Positions 26,162 through 36,572 of a stretch of 64,000 nt of DNA are shown in pieces. The position numbers and the translations under genes are program-made. The notes under the pieces were generated by a model. The model had not been told where the DNA came from. It worked only from the letters and a program-made list of their open reading frames with translations, and searched no databases. Position 1 is the first letter of the stretch. Each line of letters begins with the position of its first letter. This DNA comes from a virus. The stretch lies in UHGV virus genome UHGV-0210596; one strand, written 5' to 3'.

Positions 26162-26911
26162 TCAGACTCGTAGGATGTTTTTTTCGCGCCACCAATCGTA
26201 GAATGTCGATAGGCTTATGCGTCCACCTGACTGTTTGCAGAACGTTTCGGGTGCAACGTCCATCAGCCGCTCCAATTCTTCGTAGGCCGATTTTACGGTC
26301 TTACCCGCGGCCTTTTGCTCCATTGTCCAGCGATAAGCCGGGGATGCCTCTCGCCATCGCTGTGCGTTTTGAGCACGCGCGATTAGGCTGGCCTGCACCG
26401 CCGGTGTCATATCCGTACCCGGCTTATTGCCGATGTGCGTTTGGATGTTTCCGGCCTTGGTTACGCGATAGCCTTTGGCTGCGATTTCTTTGCGGTGTGC
26501 CTCCACCGTGTTTTTCGCGCGGTGCTTGATGCGCATCCTTTCGTCCTCATCAAGGATAGCAAGGACGGATAGGGTGATGCGACTGCCTATGTCGTCGGCG
26601 TCCAGCCGTAGGCCGTTTTTGCAGGCAACGATGCCGATGCCTGCCTCTTTTGCATTAATCATAAGCCGCACCATGTCCATTTGAGAACGGCCTATACGGC
26701 TTGTGTCGCCAACGTAGATTGTATCTCCACGCTTACACTTGCCAAGGAGTGTTTGCAGTTGCCTGTCTTCGTAGGACACGCCACCGCTTTCGTGTTCCTC
26801 GACGATGCCGTCAACGCGCTTAGGGTCAACGCCATAGCGCTTTATGTCCTCCAATTGTTGCGCGTAATCTTGATTACGCGTAGACACGCGCAAATAGATA
26901 TATTCTGCCAT
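26162..26911 (-). CDS. Serine recombinase (resolvase/invertase family)
   Basis: YLRVST..Q, E.ESG, GDTI.V...SRIGRS, ER..I..R. Confidence 0.9.
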   Translation of the reverse strand: MAEYIYLRVSTRNQDYAQQLEDIKRYGVDPKRVDGIVEEHESGGVSYEDRQLQTLLGKCKRGDTIYVGDTSRIGRSQMDMVRLMINAKEAGIGIVACKNGLRLDADDIGSRITLSVLAILDEDERMRIKHRAKNTVEAHRKEIAAKGYRVTKAGNIQTHIGNKPGTDMTPAVQASLIARAQNAQRWREASPAYRWTMEQKAAGKTVKSAYEELERLMDVAPETFCKQSGGRISLSTFYDWWREKNILRV

Positions 26912-27174
26912 TACGGATTGTTTTTGCTTACCTGAATGATAACAAACGGTATGCAGATTATGATTATTATTGGAATTAGGATATTTTCCAAGCACCAGTC
27001 GAATATGAGCTGCAAGAATTCGGGCAGCTCGTTATGGAAGCCCAAGTCAGTAACCCATATAAGCAATAGGGTTACGAGGCCGGGCATAACGAAGTAGTAC
27101 ACAATAAACGCTATCCAGAAGTGCTTGTCGATAAGCCAGTCCATAAGCCGGCCTATTTTTTTATGCAGTTTCAT
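26911..27174 (-). CDS. Small membrane protein
   Basis: Two hydrophobic segments. Confidence 0.6.
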   Translation of the reverse strand: MKLHKKIGRLMDWLIDKHFWIAFIVYYFVMPGLVTLLLIWVTDLGFHNELPEFLQLIFDWCLENILIPIIIIICIPFVIIQVSKNNP

Positions 27175-27734
27175 CGGCGCGTGTATTTTTCAAGGTGTCC
27201 ACGCGGTGCGCCTAAGCATACGCGCGTGGTCAATTGCCCGTTGACCAGTACGGGCGTATCGAACACAGCCGTTGCGGCTATCTTGCCGTTTCCGCAGTCG
27301 TAGCGGTTTACGGAGTAGCCAACCGCGAATTGCGGTAACGGCCATGCGCAATTATGCTGCACGCTTAGCAATAAGTTGCGGATGTTGTTTTCGGTCGGCG
27401 CGATTGCTCCGGCCTTTTCGACCTCGGCAAGACGCAAACGCGCCTCGATTGCGGCTGCATTTTCTTTGGCCGCGTCCACGGCCTTTTGGGCGGCTCTCTC
27501 GGCCTTTGCGGCGGCTTCGGCGGTTAATCGTGCCTCGGCTTCCTCGGGCGTGATTAGACGCGCCCTAAACGCGTCTAAACCGCCAGCGGATTTTACCGCG
27601 CTCGCCACGTTTGTGTACGGTACGCGGCTGTACGGTTTGAAGTTGCGGTTATAGTTTGCGATTACAGTACCATCCGCATTCTCGACGATATACCATAGCT
27701 GGCTGTTGGACCAGTAGATTTTGTAGTTTATCAT
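27171..27734 (-). CDS. Hypothetical early protein
   Basis: 187-aa ORF with A-rich leader. Confidence 0.75.
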   Translation of the reverse strand: MINYKIYWSNSQLWYIVENADGTVIANYNRNFKPYSRVPYTNVASAVKSAGGLDAFRARLITPEEAEARLTAEAAAKAERAAQKAVDAAKENAAAIEARLRLAEVEKAGAIAPTENNIRNLLLSVQHNCAWPLPQFAVGYSVNRYDCGNGKIAATAVFDTPVLVNGQLTTRVCLGAPRGHLEKYTRR

Positions 27735-27752
27735 TGTTGCTTTATTTGTTTG

Positions 27753-28079
27753 TTAGCAGTATTCTTTTCGGGTACACTCCCCGTCCGAATACTCGTATCG
27801 GATAAACGATATTGTTTCGGTGTAGTCCTCGCATATGAGGTTTCCACATTCGTCTGCCTTGCCAACCTGTCGGTTTACGGCAATTTCGGCATATGTGATG
27901 TTGCCCTTCGCCACTTTGGATAACCTCGCGAAGGTGTCTTTTGGATCTCGCCATTCATCCATAAGTGCTTCGATTGCCGAGTCTTCAGAATCATAAAACT
28001 CCCAGTCGTAATTGTCGCTTACGTCCTGCCCTTTTTCATTAAGGACGTAGAAATCAATAAAATACCATTCTGTTTTCAT
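27753..28079 (-). CDS. Acidic hypothetical protein
   Basis: D/E-rich, 108 aa. Confidence 0.7.
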   Translation of the reverse strand: MKTEWYFIDFYVLNEKGQDVSDNYDWEFYDSEDSAIEALMDEWRDPKDTFARLSKVAKGNITYAEIAVNRQVGKADECGNLICEDYTETISFIRYEYSDGECTRKEYC

Positions 28080-28510
28080 CGTTGAATTAATTTACGGTTG
28101 ACGTTGAACGGAGCACTGAAGCTTCTGAGGACAATCTCTCGAGCTTCTTCTATGTCCGAGTAGAGTTCTTCTGCATCAGGCGCGAAGTAGAATACTTGGT
28201 CAATAGCTTCGCTTAGATCATAATCGGCGGCTGTTTTTCCGATTATTTGGAGGGGGGCAAGAAATGCCTCCATGTCTTTGTCCGTTGCGCAACAAACGAA
28301 AGTGTCTTCGATGTCCTCGATGACACCAAAATTGTCTTCGAAGATGCCATTACACCAGCCGTCGATCGTCGTCTCAGTCTCAGAGTCATCTGCTTGGTTT
28401 GCCCAAGCGATGTATGCTGCGACGACACCGCTTCCGTATTGAGACTCTATTTGTTCGTATTTGGAGGGGTTTTCTTTTTTTACGGCCTCCGCTAATTCCT
28501 TGCAGGTCAT
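28076..28510 (-). CDS. Acidic hypothetical protein
   Basis: D/E-rich, 144 aa. Confidence 0.7.
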   Translation of the reverse strand: MTCKELAEAVKKENPSKYEQIESQYGSGVVAAYIAWANQADDSETETTIDGWCNGIFEDNFGVIEDIEDTFVCCATDKDMEAFLAPLQIIGKTAADYDLSEAIDQVFYFAPDAEELYSDIEEAREIVLRSFSAPFNVNRKLIQR

Positions 28511-28579
28511 TATCGTTTTATTAGTTGTTGTTTGTATTTTTTTCGGCGCGGTTGCGAGTTTACCGCGCCGAATGGTGAA

Positions 28580-28891
28580 TTATCGTATAGCCGCCTCTTT
28601 GATTACGGCCAGCGGTCGGATTATGCCGGCCTCTTCGATAGCAGCGTCATAGTCGCCATCATTGATAAAGTGGATGTTGGCCGCGAAGTCAATATATCTA
28701 CCCTCGTTTGTTTTGACGTCGGCCAGTACGCAGTCTGTGTCGGATACCGCGTATTTAAGTACCACGGGAATATGCCCTTGCAATACGCTGTTTATGTGGA
28801 CGTATGTGTATTTACGTCCTTTTTGCACGAAGATATAGCGACTTCGTGTTTCGGCGGTGTAGTCTAAGTAAATTGTTTCCATTGTTTCCAT
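28580..28891 (-). CDS. Hypothetical protein
   Basis: Start reassigned to METMET behind an A-rich leader. Confidence 0.6.
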   Translation of the reverse strand: METMETIYLDYTAETRSRYIFVQKGRKYTYVHINSVLQGHIPVVLKYAVSDTDCVLADVKTNEGRYIDFAANIHFINDGDYDAAIEEAGIIRPLAVIKEAAIR

Positions 28892-28989
28892 CGATTTTGA
28901 TTTTGATTTTTCCCACAAATATACAACCGTGTGGGCTTCGGTTTGTTGCCCGTCAGCGTTAAAGTTTGTTAAACACTGACGGGCGGCGG

Positions 28990-29391
28990 TTACTTTTCGC
29001 ACGCCAAAAAACGGCGCCTTGTTTCGGTTAGGAGTTTGTAAAGGTTCTCGGGTGTGGCTTCCAGCACCCACGCGAAATCAAGCTCTCGGCCGCGTGTTTG
29101 AGGATCGTATTTATGACATTCGCTTGTGACGCTGTCGAATACGACTGGGTGGATAAACCAGTATGTATCCAGCCGCGTGGAGGTGTCCCCGTTTTTATGC
29201 CACAGAGTCGGGAGACTCTGTGCGCCGCCGGGGTCGGTGCAGTGAGACATACATACGGTTAGCCTCTCGCCCTCGGCGTTGCGCGTGGGATGCTCCACAA
29301 GCGCGGAGGTTTCTCCTCTTGCTCGGGTTGCTATAAACCCGGCTTGTTCGATTGCGGCAACCATAGCCGCGTTGTCTGTAATTTTGTTCAT
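28990..29391 (-). CDS. Hypothetical protein
   Basis: SLP.LW.K.G...L..YW...YDP...F.WVLEATPEN motif. Confidence 0.7.
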   Translation of the reverse strand: MNKITDNAAMVAAIEQAGFIATRARGETSALVEHPTRNAEGERLTVCMSHCTDPGGAQSLPTLWHKNGDTSTRLDTYWFIHPVVFDSVTSECHKYDPQTRGRELDFAWVLEATPENLYKLLTETRRRFLACEK

Positions 29392-29446
29392 TTCGTTTGT
29401 GGTTTGTATAGGCAAGCCGTTACGGCCTGCCTATGGAGGTTGTTAT

Positions 29447-29632
29447 TCAGTCTATTATCTCGATGCACTCCTCTGTCAGGTGTGCTATTTCGGCGCGGAT
29501 TTCAGCCGGTGCGCGGAGTGTAAACTCAACGCCGCCAAAGTAGGAGGGGTTGATCTCTGTGATACATTCGCCGTAATTAGCGGCGAAAAGTTCGGCGTTG
29601 CAGCCGATACTATATACTGTAAATATCTGCAT
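29447..29632 (-). CDS. Hypothetical protein
   Basis: 61-aa ORF in early cluster. Confidence 0.5.
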   Translation of the reverse strand: MQIFTVYSIGCNAELFAANYGECITEINPSYFGGVEFTLRAPAEIRAEIAHLTEECIEIID

Positions 29633-29757
29633 GGTGTTTATATTTTAGTGGTTAGTGTTTGTAGCGCTTTTTGAGGCCGTTTTTAGCCACTTTCGCGGCG
29701 TGCGTGGTAAATTGTTCCACCGCGCCCCGAAAGCGCGTTAAAACGGCTTATTTCGGC

Positions 29758-29958
29758 CTACATTTCGGCCATGTCTGCCAGCAAGCAGAAGTAGGCTATT
29801 ACGCCTATCATTGCGGCATATATCAGGAGGCTACACGCGGCTGCAACCAGCCACGGCCTAAACGCCGCCCCAAAGCGGCTTCGGTTGCTTTTGCGTGCCG
29901 CAAAAGGCACGCCTAAAAGCGCTATTGTAGCGCAGGAAAGTAAGCAATTTATTAGCAT
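29758..29958 (-). CDS. Small two-TM membrane protein
   Basis: Two hydrophobic helices. Confidence 0.55.
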   Translation of the reverse strand: MLINCLLSCATIALLGVPFAARKSNRSRFGAAFRPWLVAAACSLLIYAAMIGVIAYFCLLADMAEM

Positions 29959-30049
29959 AGTAGGATATGTTTATGTTACACAACCGGGCGGATAATCCGC
30001 CCACGCACCCGGCCTAATGCCTGTTTATAGTCGCCGGGCCGACCTTTGT

Positions 30050-30262
30050 TCAGTTGCTAAGCGCCCAATTTATAGCATGTCTCGCCTTTTCCTTTGTTAG
30101 GTAGTAGTTCGCCGTGGAGTCCCACGTAAAACCGCGTTGCCGAGCGCGAACCGCGCTATCGGCGGAAGCGAATGTTACCGTTACCTCTTGCGGCTCCTGA
30201 TCTGTTATAATTTGGCCGCCCGTGGTCTGCACAGACCACATTTTAAGCGTTATTTTGTCCAT
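30050..30262 (-). CDS. Hypothetical protein
   Basis: 70-aa ORF in early cluster. Confidence 0.55.
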   Translation of the reverse strand: MDKITLKMWSVQTTGGQIITDQEPQEVTVTFASADSAVRARQRGFTWDSTANYYLTKEKARHAINWALSN

Positions 30263-30715
30263 GGTTATATATATTTGCTTTGGATCATTTCTCTACTTTG
30301 CTTGATTGTTTCGGCGTTGACTGTTTTGGGAAAGCATCCGCCGTTGACGGTTTTTGCTAATGTTACTATCATTTGATTTTTTGATTTTGTGCAAAGGCCG
30401 AAACATCGTACCTTTACAGTGATTTAATTTTATGATTAGCCCCGGCGCCGGCTGTGATAGTTAGCGCCGGGGCGTTTTTTTAGAGCGTATAATCATAGTG
30501 GCTTGTGTGGTTTCCACTTCGAAGCCTCCACGTATACCCTCCATCGGCGGTATATATACGACGGTATACGGTTGCATAAGATAGCGACAGCGTACCTTCT
30601 TGCGCTTTTTGGGCTGCATACAACATGACTGCTGCCTCTTTACGTGTGTACTTTTTCATCTTTATTTAATTTTATAATTCAACTTATAGGGCTTATTTCG
30701 TTCCCTTTCTACATG

Positions 30716-30747
30716 CAAAGGTAAGGACTATTTTTCATTAAGTCAAG
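30716..30747 (-). promoter_or_regulatory. Promoter of the leftward early cluster
   Basis: CTTG 30744-47, N20, TACCTTTG 30716-23. Confidence 0.7.
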
Positions 30748-32106
30748 CATTTAAGCAATTATTTTCGGGCAATTTCACATTATTTAACTAATAGACAAAA
30801 ACAGACATAGACAGCCCAATTTTGCGTATAATACACGCAAACACACAACCCGGCAATATCAACGCTTTGCGTAATTTTTACACATAATTAATCCACTGAA
30901 CAACCCTCAATAACTTTGCGTAATTTTCACGCAAAAAAAATAATAGCAGCTGTAAAGTTGATTTTGGCAAATGCAGATCACAGATACAAAATAAGAAATT
31001 GATAATGAGAGCGCCGGGAATATCATTTATACGTAAAAAACACGCAAAAACACGTAACTGCCTGATTTTCAGGTAGTTACAAATACGATTCGGAACGGAG
31101 TGGCGTTGGACACTTTGCGGCAAATTAATTGATTTATAGACAGTTACGGCGGTAAACCCCGAAAATAGGGGTGCCGGGGGTTGAAAATAGGGGTTTGGGC
31201 GAGGGGGAGGTGCGACCACTCCAATTTTTTTTTATTTTTTTAGAATCCTCGACTTGTAATCAATTCATTTTCAGCGCATTGTATCATAATGGGTAGTAGA
31301 ATGGATAAACGGGTATGAAAATGAGTATGGGGTTGCCGGGAGTAAACGGGGCTAAGCGGGAATGGGGTTGATGACGGATGGGGTGTTTGTGAAAAAAGGG
31401 GGAGTGAGAGAAAGCGGTGCTGAACAAATTGATTAGTGTGTAATGAAATCAAGATTTATAATGGGGGAAATGAGTAGATGCGGGGTAAGCGAGAAAGGGA
31501 TGGGGACGGTGGTTTTTTGGTTAAAAAGGGGGTGTTTTTGAGTCGAAAAATCGGGATATTTAGGGTAAAAACGGGTGATTTATGTACACGAAAACGGGTA
31601 AAAACGGGGTATCTACACAACGAACTACACACATCTAAATATTTAGTTTGTAATATTTTATATAGTGAATATGTAGGTGTGTATTATTTTTCGGGGAAAA
31701 GTTCTCGCCTTAAAAAAAATTTTAAGGAAAAGGCGAGAAACTATCCTAACTATATACATAGTTAGTATAGTATATTATAGTATTATAGTATTATAAATAT
31801 AAATAAGGAAATGAAATTTAGAAAATTTGGATGTTTGGATATTTGATAATTGGTTTTTGATTATTAATTTTGTCAGAGCCGTGTTGGTTTGTTTATTAGC
31901 TGACGGGGTTATTTTGAATGGTTATGCTTGATTTAATCCGGAATATTTATGGATGCTGATTGGTTAAATTGGTTGATTTGTGGTTTGGGCGTGGTTTTTT
32001 CTTCTTTTGTGGGGGGAGAGGGGGAGTTGGTGATGAAGTTGGTTGAGTAGTTTGTTTATAGGAAAAAGGGTTTTAGAGTAATAAAAAGAAATAAATAGTT
32101 TATAAT

Positions 32107-32331
32107 ATGGATTATATAGTAAAAGTTAATTATTATGATTGGGATGGAATGCCTAAATATAATAGTTGTTATGTAATTGACGATGCACATACCTTTTATG
32201 AAGCCAAAGACTCAGAAGGTAAAGTAAAAGAGCTTATTGGTGAAATCAATAAAATTGAAGATGACGCAGTTTCAAGAGTTGATATAAACGTTTATGAGCT
32301 TGGTAATAAAGTGACAGATAAATTTATATGA
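32107..32331 (+). CDS. Hypothetical protein, paralog of 7294..7533
   Basis: Shared motifs; AT-rich. Confidence 0.75.
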   Translation: MDYIVKVNYYDWDGMPKYNSCYVIDDAHTFYEAKDSEGKVKELIGEINKIEDDAVSRVDINVYELGNKVTDKFI

Positions 32332-32570
32332 AACTAACATATACTGATGGTTGTATGGCATATAACCTGGATATTGATAATAGAAAGATTGAAGATTTTA
32401 CTTTACAAGAGCAAAAAGACATACTTAAATCTTTAATTGACAAATATGGGGACAACTCAAATATTCAAAATATGATTATTGATTTCCTTGAATTAAATGG
32501 GAATGCTGAATTTATAGGTCATTGTGATGAATGTGGTGATGATATTTACAAATACACATTAACAATATAA
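32328..32570 (+). CDS. Acidic hypothetical protein with C-terminal CxxC
   Basis: CDECGD. Confidence 0.7.
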   Translation: MKLTYTDGCMAYNLDIDNRKIEDFTLQEQKDILKSLIDKYGDNSNIQNMIIDFLELNGNAEFIGHCDECGDDIYKYTLTI

Positions 32571-32582
32571 ACTATTAGAGAT

Positions 32583-32810
32583 ATGACGTATATAATTCTT
32601 TATGCAGCATTAGAGGGCAACGATTATGTGCCGTTTTATAGTGTGGCACTTTCAAAGGAAGATATTCCTTATATAATCAAGTTCGCTAAAGATAATTATT
32701 TAGCCTGTAATTTTTTGATTTTTGAAATGGGCAAAGAAGTAACAAAAGAGTTCGTTGACATTAAATTTGGTAAAGAAACAATAAAAGAGTTCATTGATAA
32801 CAAGAAATAA
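32583..32810 (+). CDS. Hypothetical protein
   Basis: FEMGKEVT resembles the C-terminus of the 7294/32107 family. Confidence 0.65.
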   Translation: MTYIILYAALEGNDYVPFYSVALSKEDIPYIIKFAKDNYLACNFLIFEMGKEVTKEFVDIKFGKETIKEFIDNKK

Positions 32811-32820
32811 AATAATTAAT

Positions 32821-33129
32821 ATGATAATTCCAAAAGAAATAACAATTTTCAAGCATCGAATTAAAGTTAGTTTTGTAAGGACTTTGGATGATGCGTTTGG
32901 TAAATTTGACCCTGTTAAATTCGAAATAAAAATTGCTCAAAATGCACTTTCAAAAGATGAGGTAGTTGCTTTATCTGAGATACAAATACTCCATACATTC
33001 TGGCACGAGGTCTTTCATGTCTTCCAATGGTTTTATGAGGGAGAGTATAGTGAAGGTCAATCTCAGACCTATGCGGGGTTTATGTTAGAGGTTTTTGATG
33101 CAATAGAGAAAATAAGCAAAGATGTATGA
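32821..33129 (+). CDS. Small HExxH metallopeptidase-like protein
   Basis: TFWHEVFH followed by E. Confidence 0.65.
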   Translation: MIIPKEITIFKHRIKVSFVRTLDDAFGKFDPVKFEIKIAQNALSKDEVVALSEIQILHTFWHEVFHVFQWFYEGEYSEGQSQTYAGFMLEVFDAIEKISKDV

Positions 33130-33287
33130 TGTTCTTGACAGGGTTTGTTATATCTTCTCGGTGTTATGAAGCTAAAAGGCGTAAACCGTTATTGATTTAG
33201 TGGTTTAGGTCGGGATGGTTTGATTTTTAGCATGGGATGATTGGTTTCAGTTGTTAGGTTCAGCCGGTAAGCTTTGTTGTTTGAGGT

Positions 33288-33326
33288 GGTAAGTTAAGTG
33301 GGTAAGTTAAGTGGGTAAGTTAAGTT
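33288..33326 (+). repeat. 13-bp tandem repeat GGTAAGTTAAGTG x3
   Basis: Directly upstream of helicase ATG. Confidence 0.85.
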
Positions 33327-33333
33327 GTTTAAG

Positions 33334-34737
33334 ATGGTAAGTTCGGTAGTATATGATTATGTTGCTTCGCATTTTGCGGGGGAGTTGAAAGATGTTATTT
33401 GTCCTTATTTCGGGGGCAAGGATAGCTTTGTGAATAAGTCTAAGGTTGCGCGGTTGGCGGATGCTTTCGGGACGGTTATGCGTGATGTGAAGCAGCCGTT
33501 GGTTTATTTCGGGGATTCGGGACAGGCGCATGTGTTTAACGGGCGTTTTTTCGAGGATGTGGGGAGTGCCGTTCCGTTTTTCTCGGAGGTTTTTCGCCGG
33601 GCGATGGTGATGTTGAAGGTTCGGTCTGTGTATTGTTGTTATGCGCCGAAGGATGTTGCGAGGGTTTGTATTGAGTCGGTGTCGTCGATGAGCGAGTTTG
33701 CGTATAGACCCGATAGGCGTTACTTGATATTCGTCAACGGCGTATTTGACACGAAAGACGGCAAGCTGAAAGACTTCTCGCGGCGATATGTAAGCGACAT
33801 TGTGATTGATATGGATTACAACCAGCGGGCGTCCTCGTTGCTTTGGGATAGGAAGCTCAAAGAGATTATCCCCGATAAAGATTTCAGGGACGCTTTTCAG
33901 TTGTTTTGCGGCTCGTTGTTGATAAACCGTAATGATGTGCGCATCGAGTACGTGTGCTATCTTGTCGGGCCGGGGTCTAACGGCAAGAGCGTTTTGGCCG
34001 GGGCTATCGAGGGGGTTTTTGGCGAGCGCTATTTTTCGCGGTTTACGCCCAGGCAGTTGTTCAAGGACAGTGATGCGAGGGTGAATATTGCCGCATTGCG
34101 CGGTAAGATAGCCAATTTAGTTGGTGACTTGAATGAGAAAGATATAAGCGGTGGCGATTTCAAGCGGTTTGTAAGCGGTGAGATGTTTCAGGGGCGCAGG
34201 AACTACGGCGACCCCATACAAGTGCCTGCACCGCCGCTATTGTGCTGTACGAATGCTTTGCCCGAGAGTGCCGATGACAGTTACGGGTACCACAGGCGAC
34301 AGTTGCCCGTGTACACTACGCGCAGGCAATGGACGGAAGAAGATAAAGACCCGTTTTTGACCAAGAAGTTGACTGAGACCGAGTCTCGTCAAGCCATATT
34401 CAACTGGATATACGCAGGGTATAAGAAAGTGATGAATAACGGCGGCAATATCGAGTTGGGTAAAGACGTGCGCGAAGCTATGGATGCTATGCGAGATGAT
34501 AGCAATCCGCAGCGCCGTTGGTGGCGTGATTGTCGCTATACCACTGCGAGCGACGAAACGGGTGTTTGGATGCCGCTTAAAGAAGTGTATGCGGACTATA
34601 TGCGATATTGTGAAGATACGGGGGAGGAAGTTCTCGGTGCGCGAGAGATTTCCGCGTTGTTAAGAAACCTCGGGGTAGAGCAGCGTCGTTCTCGCGGCGG
34701 CATGCAGTTCTTGCTGGGGAAGAAAGATAGTGAGTGA
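33334..34737 (+). CDS. D5/P4-family SF3 helicase (C-terminal part of primase-helicase)
   Basis: FVNGVFD D5_N-like region, Walker A GPGSNGKS, FK..VSGE, TN.LP...D.S.G..RR. Confidence 0.9.
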   Translation: MVSSVVYDYVASHFAGELKDVICPYFGGKDSFVNKSKVARLADAFGTVMRDVKQPLVYFGDSGQAHVFNGRFFEDVGSAVPFFSEVFRRAMVMLKVRSVYCCYAPKDVARVCIESVSSMSEFAYRPDRRYLIFVNGVFDTKDGKLKDFSRRYVSDIVIDMDYNQRASSLLWDRKLKEIIPDKDFRDAFQLFCGSLLINRNDVRIEYVCYLVGPGSNGKSVLAGAIEGVFGERYFSRFTPRQLFKDSDARVNIAALRGKIANLVGDLNEKDISGGDFKRFVSGEMFQGRRNYGDPIQVPAPPLLCCTNALPESADDSYGYHRRQLPVYTTRRQWTEEDKDPFLTKKLTETESRQAIFNWIYAGYKKVMNNGGNIELGKDVREAMDAMRDDSNPQRRWWRDCRYTTASDETGVWMPLKEVYADYMRYCEDTGEEVLGAREISALLRNLGVEQRRSRGGMQFLLGKKDSE

Positions 34738-34913
34738 GGTGTATCAAAGGCAACGCGAGTAACTCAACAAAGCGTACCGAAAAGCTGTTCGTTCCGAGGG
34801 GTCAGTATGAGCAAGCAGCGCTAAGCGGACAAATGAGATTGGAAATATGAAACGTTTGCAAAAACGTGAACTTTAATAGATATACTTAATGTTAAACTTA
34901 AAAAAAGAGAAAT

Positions 34914-35537
34914 ATGGGGATTAGCTTAAAGAAGATTTTCAAGGCGAACAAGTGCGCATGCAAGAGTCGCAAGGAAGGCGAGAAACCGCTGTTTGAGTAC
35001 AGCTTCGGCAACGGCGCAATAGATGTGAAGATATATTACAACAAGGGCGATTTCACGGGGTCGCGCGTGGAGATACGCGGTTATGACGGCATTTTCACGA
35101 TGACGATAGACTCGCGACTGCCTGCATACGCATACTTACTTGCCGCCGCAGGGCAGGAGCGCACGGACTACATCGAGGGCTTCGGCACACTGATGTATCA
35201 GACGCTAAGTTGCATAACGCAAGATAAGGGCTTTGCAGACGATTTGCAGCGCGCCTTGGGCAAATACTTCAAGCGCACAATGCAACGCGCAGAAAAGGCC
35301 GCTGAAAGCGTTACAAGCACCGAGGAACTCGGGTCGCAAGCGTTAATGGAGGAAGCGGTGGAACGCGGCGAGGCTTATGCCAAGGGAAAGCGCTCGGCAC
35401 GCCGTGCGCAAAAGCGTTCGCGCAAAGAGATGAGAGACATCATGGCGGAAGATGGGATAATAACCGATAAAACGGGAGGAGAAAGTGAGTTGGGAGAGCG
35501 CGAAGCCGATAACATGGAAGGGACAGGGCGCGATTAG
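34914..35537 (+). CDS. Hypothetical protein
   Basis: 207-aa ORF. Confidence 0.7.
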   Translation: MGISLKKIFKANKCACKSRKEGEKPLFEYSFGNGAIDVKIYYNKGDFTGSRVEIRGYDGIFTMTIDSRLPAYAYLLAAAGQERTDYIEGFGTLMYQTLSCITQDKGFADDLQRALGKYFKRTMQRAEKAAESVTSTEELGSQALMEEAVERGEAYAKGKRSARRAQKRSRKEMRDIMAEDGIITDKTGGESELGEREADNMEGTGRD

Positions 35538-36240
35538 TCCCCTAAATCGCGGATTTGTAACCCGTCAGACAATTCGCGGAATGATTTCGTTGCTGGACTA
35601 CGTATATAAACTCGGGGTGTCGGATGCGCGAGATGTGGAAGATGAGGGGTTATGCCGTCAATTTCTGCTAAACCACGTAGAGCCGGGGCAATTCGGGTTT
35701 ATCACTGACGGCTATGACGTCGAGGAACTCGAATGGCAACTGCGTTTGAGTATGCGGTCGCGTTTACAGCGTCAGTATGGTGCAATGCAGACCTTGTTTA
35801 TGTCGATGCGGCGCTTTAAGGCCAATTTCCTTAGTTGTTTTTTGCCCGTGGCACAACGGTTTTACAATAAGGGCATTAAAGACTATAACGACGCCCCTGC
35901 CGATTGCGACTTCAACGCCTTTTGCAACCGCAGCCGCATATGGTGGACATCCAAGGGCATTAAGAATATCACGCCGCAAGAGTATGTCGATACAATACAA
36001 CTGATGTGCTTCGACTTGCGCCGCAGAGATATGAAATATCTTTTGAGCGACGTTGAGGATTGGCGTAATGTGGACGGCACGATAAGCTACGAACAGGCGG
36101 AATTATTTAATGAGCGGCGTAGGCACTGCCTGAAACCAGCTCAATACGAGAGTTTTATCTGTGCGGTAGGTTTGTCGTTGCAGTCGTACAAAATGGCTAA
36201 ATGGGAAAAGGAATGTCGGCAGAGGGGTCTGAAAAGATAA
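35485..36240 (+). CDS. Hypothetical protein
   Basis: 251-aa ORF. Confidence 0.7.
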   Translation: MSWESAKPITWKGQGAISPLNRGFVTRQTIRGMISLLDYVYKLGVSDARDVEDEGLCRQFLLNHVEPGQFGFITDGYDVEELEWQLRLSMRSRLQRQYGAMQTLFMSMRRFKANFLSCFLPVAQRFYNKGIKDYNDAPADCDFNAFCNRSRIWWTSKGIKNITPQEYVDTIQLMCFDLRRRDMKYLLSDVEDWRNVDGTISYEQAELFNERRRHCLKPAQYESFICAVGLSLQSYKMAKWEKECRQRGLKR

Positions 36241-36569
36241 ACGTCAGGCACATACTGCCGTCCGAGGGGTGCTTGCTTGCGATGTTGCCTATCGGTTTAT
36301 ATTGCAACAGCCGTTTGCGCAACGCCCCGAGCGGCGCACTCTTAGAGTTTTGGAATGACTGGCGGCATAGTAAGTACACGCTTGTACAGAAATGCGAAGT
36401 GCCTACTGCGTCGTCAGCCTTCACTTTTCTATGCAAAGCCATATACGGCAATGAGATGAAGTATGAAACGTTGTGCCGCAAGTGGGAGGCCGATTGCATT
36501 GTCGAGGGCTTGGGGCGCAACGGCTTCGACAGAGATAAAGTATTGGTAATCCAAGTAAAAGCGATATAG
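36201..36569 (+). CDS. Hypothetical protein
   Basis: ORF in operon. Confidence 0.6.
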   Translation: MGKGMSAEGSEKINVRHILPSEGCLLAMLPIGLYCNSRLRNAPSGALLEFWNDWRHSKYTLVQKCEVPTASSAFTFLCKAIYGNEMKYETLCRKWEADCIVEGLGRNGFDRDKVLVIQVKAI

Positions 36570-36572
36570 AGA

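Noticed and set aside
30441..30480. Hairpin with GTGA in its loop on the plus strand
   Set aside because: Opposite strand and larger loop than the GUGA family; followed by a T tract, so more simply a terminator
30878..31765. ORFs of 113, 70 and 95 aa in the skewed region
   Set aside because: Low-complexity translations with no plausible starts
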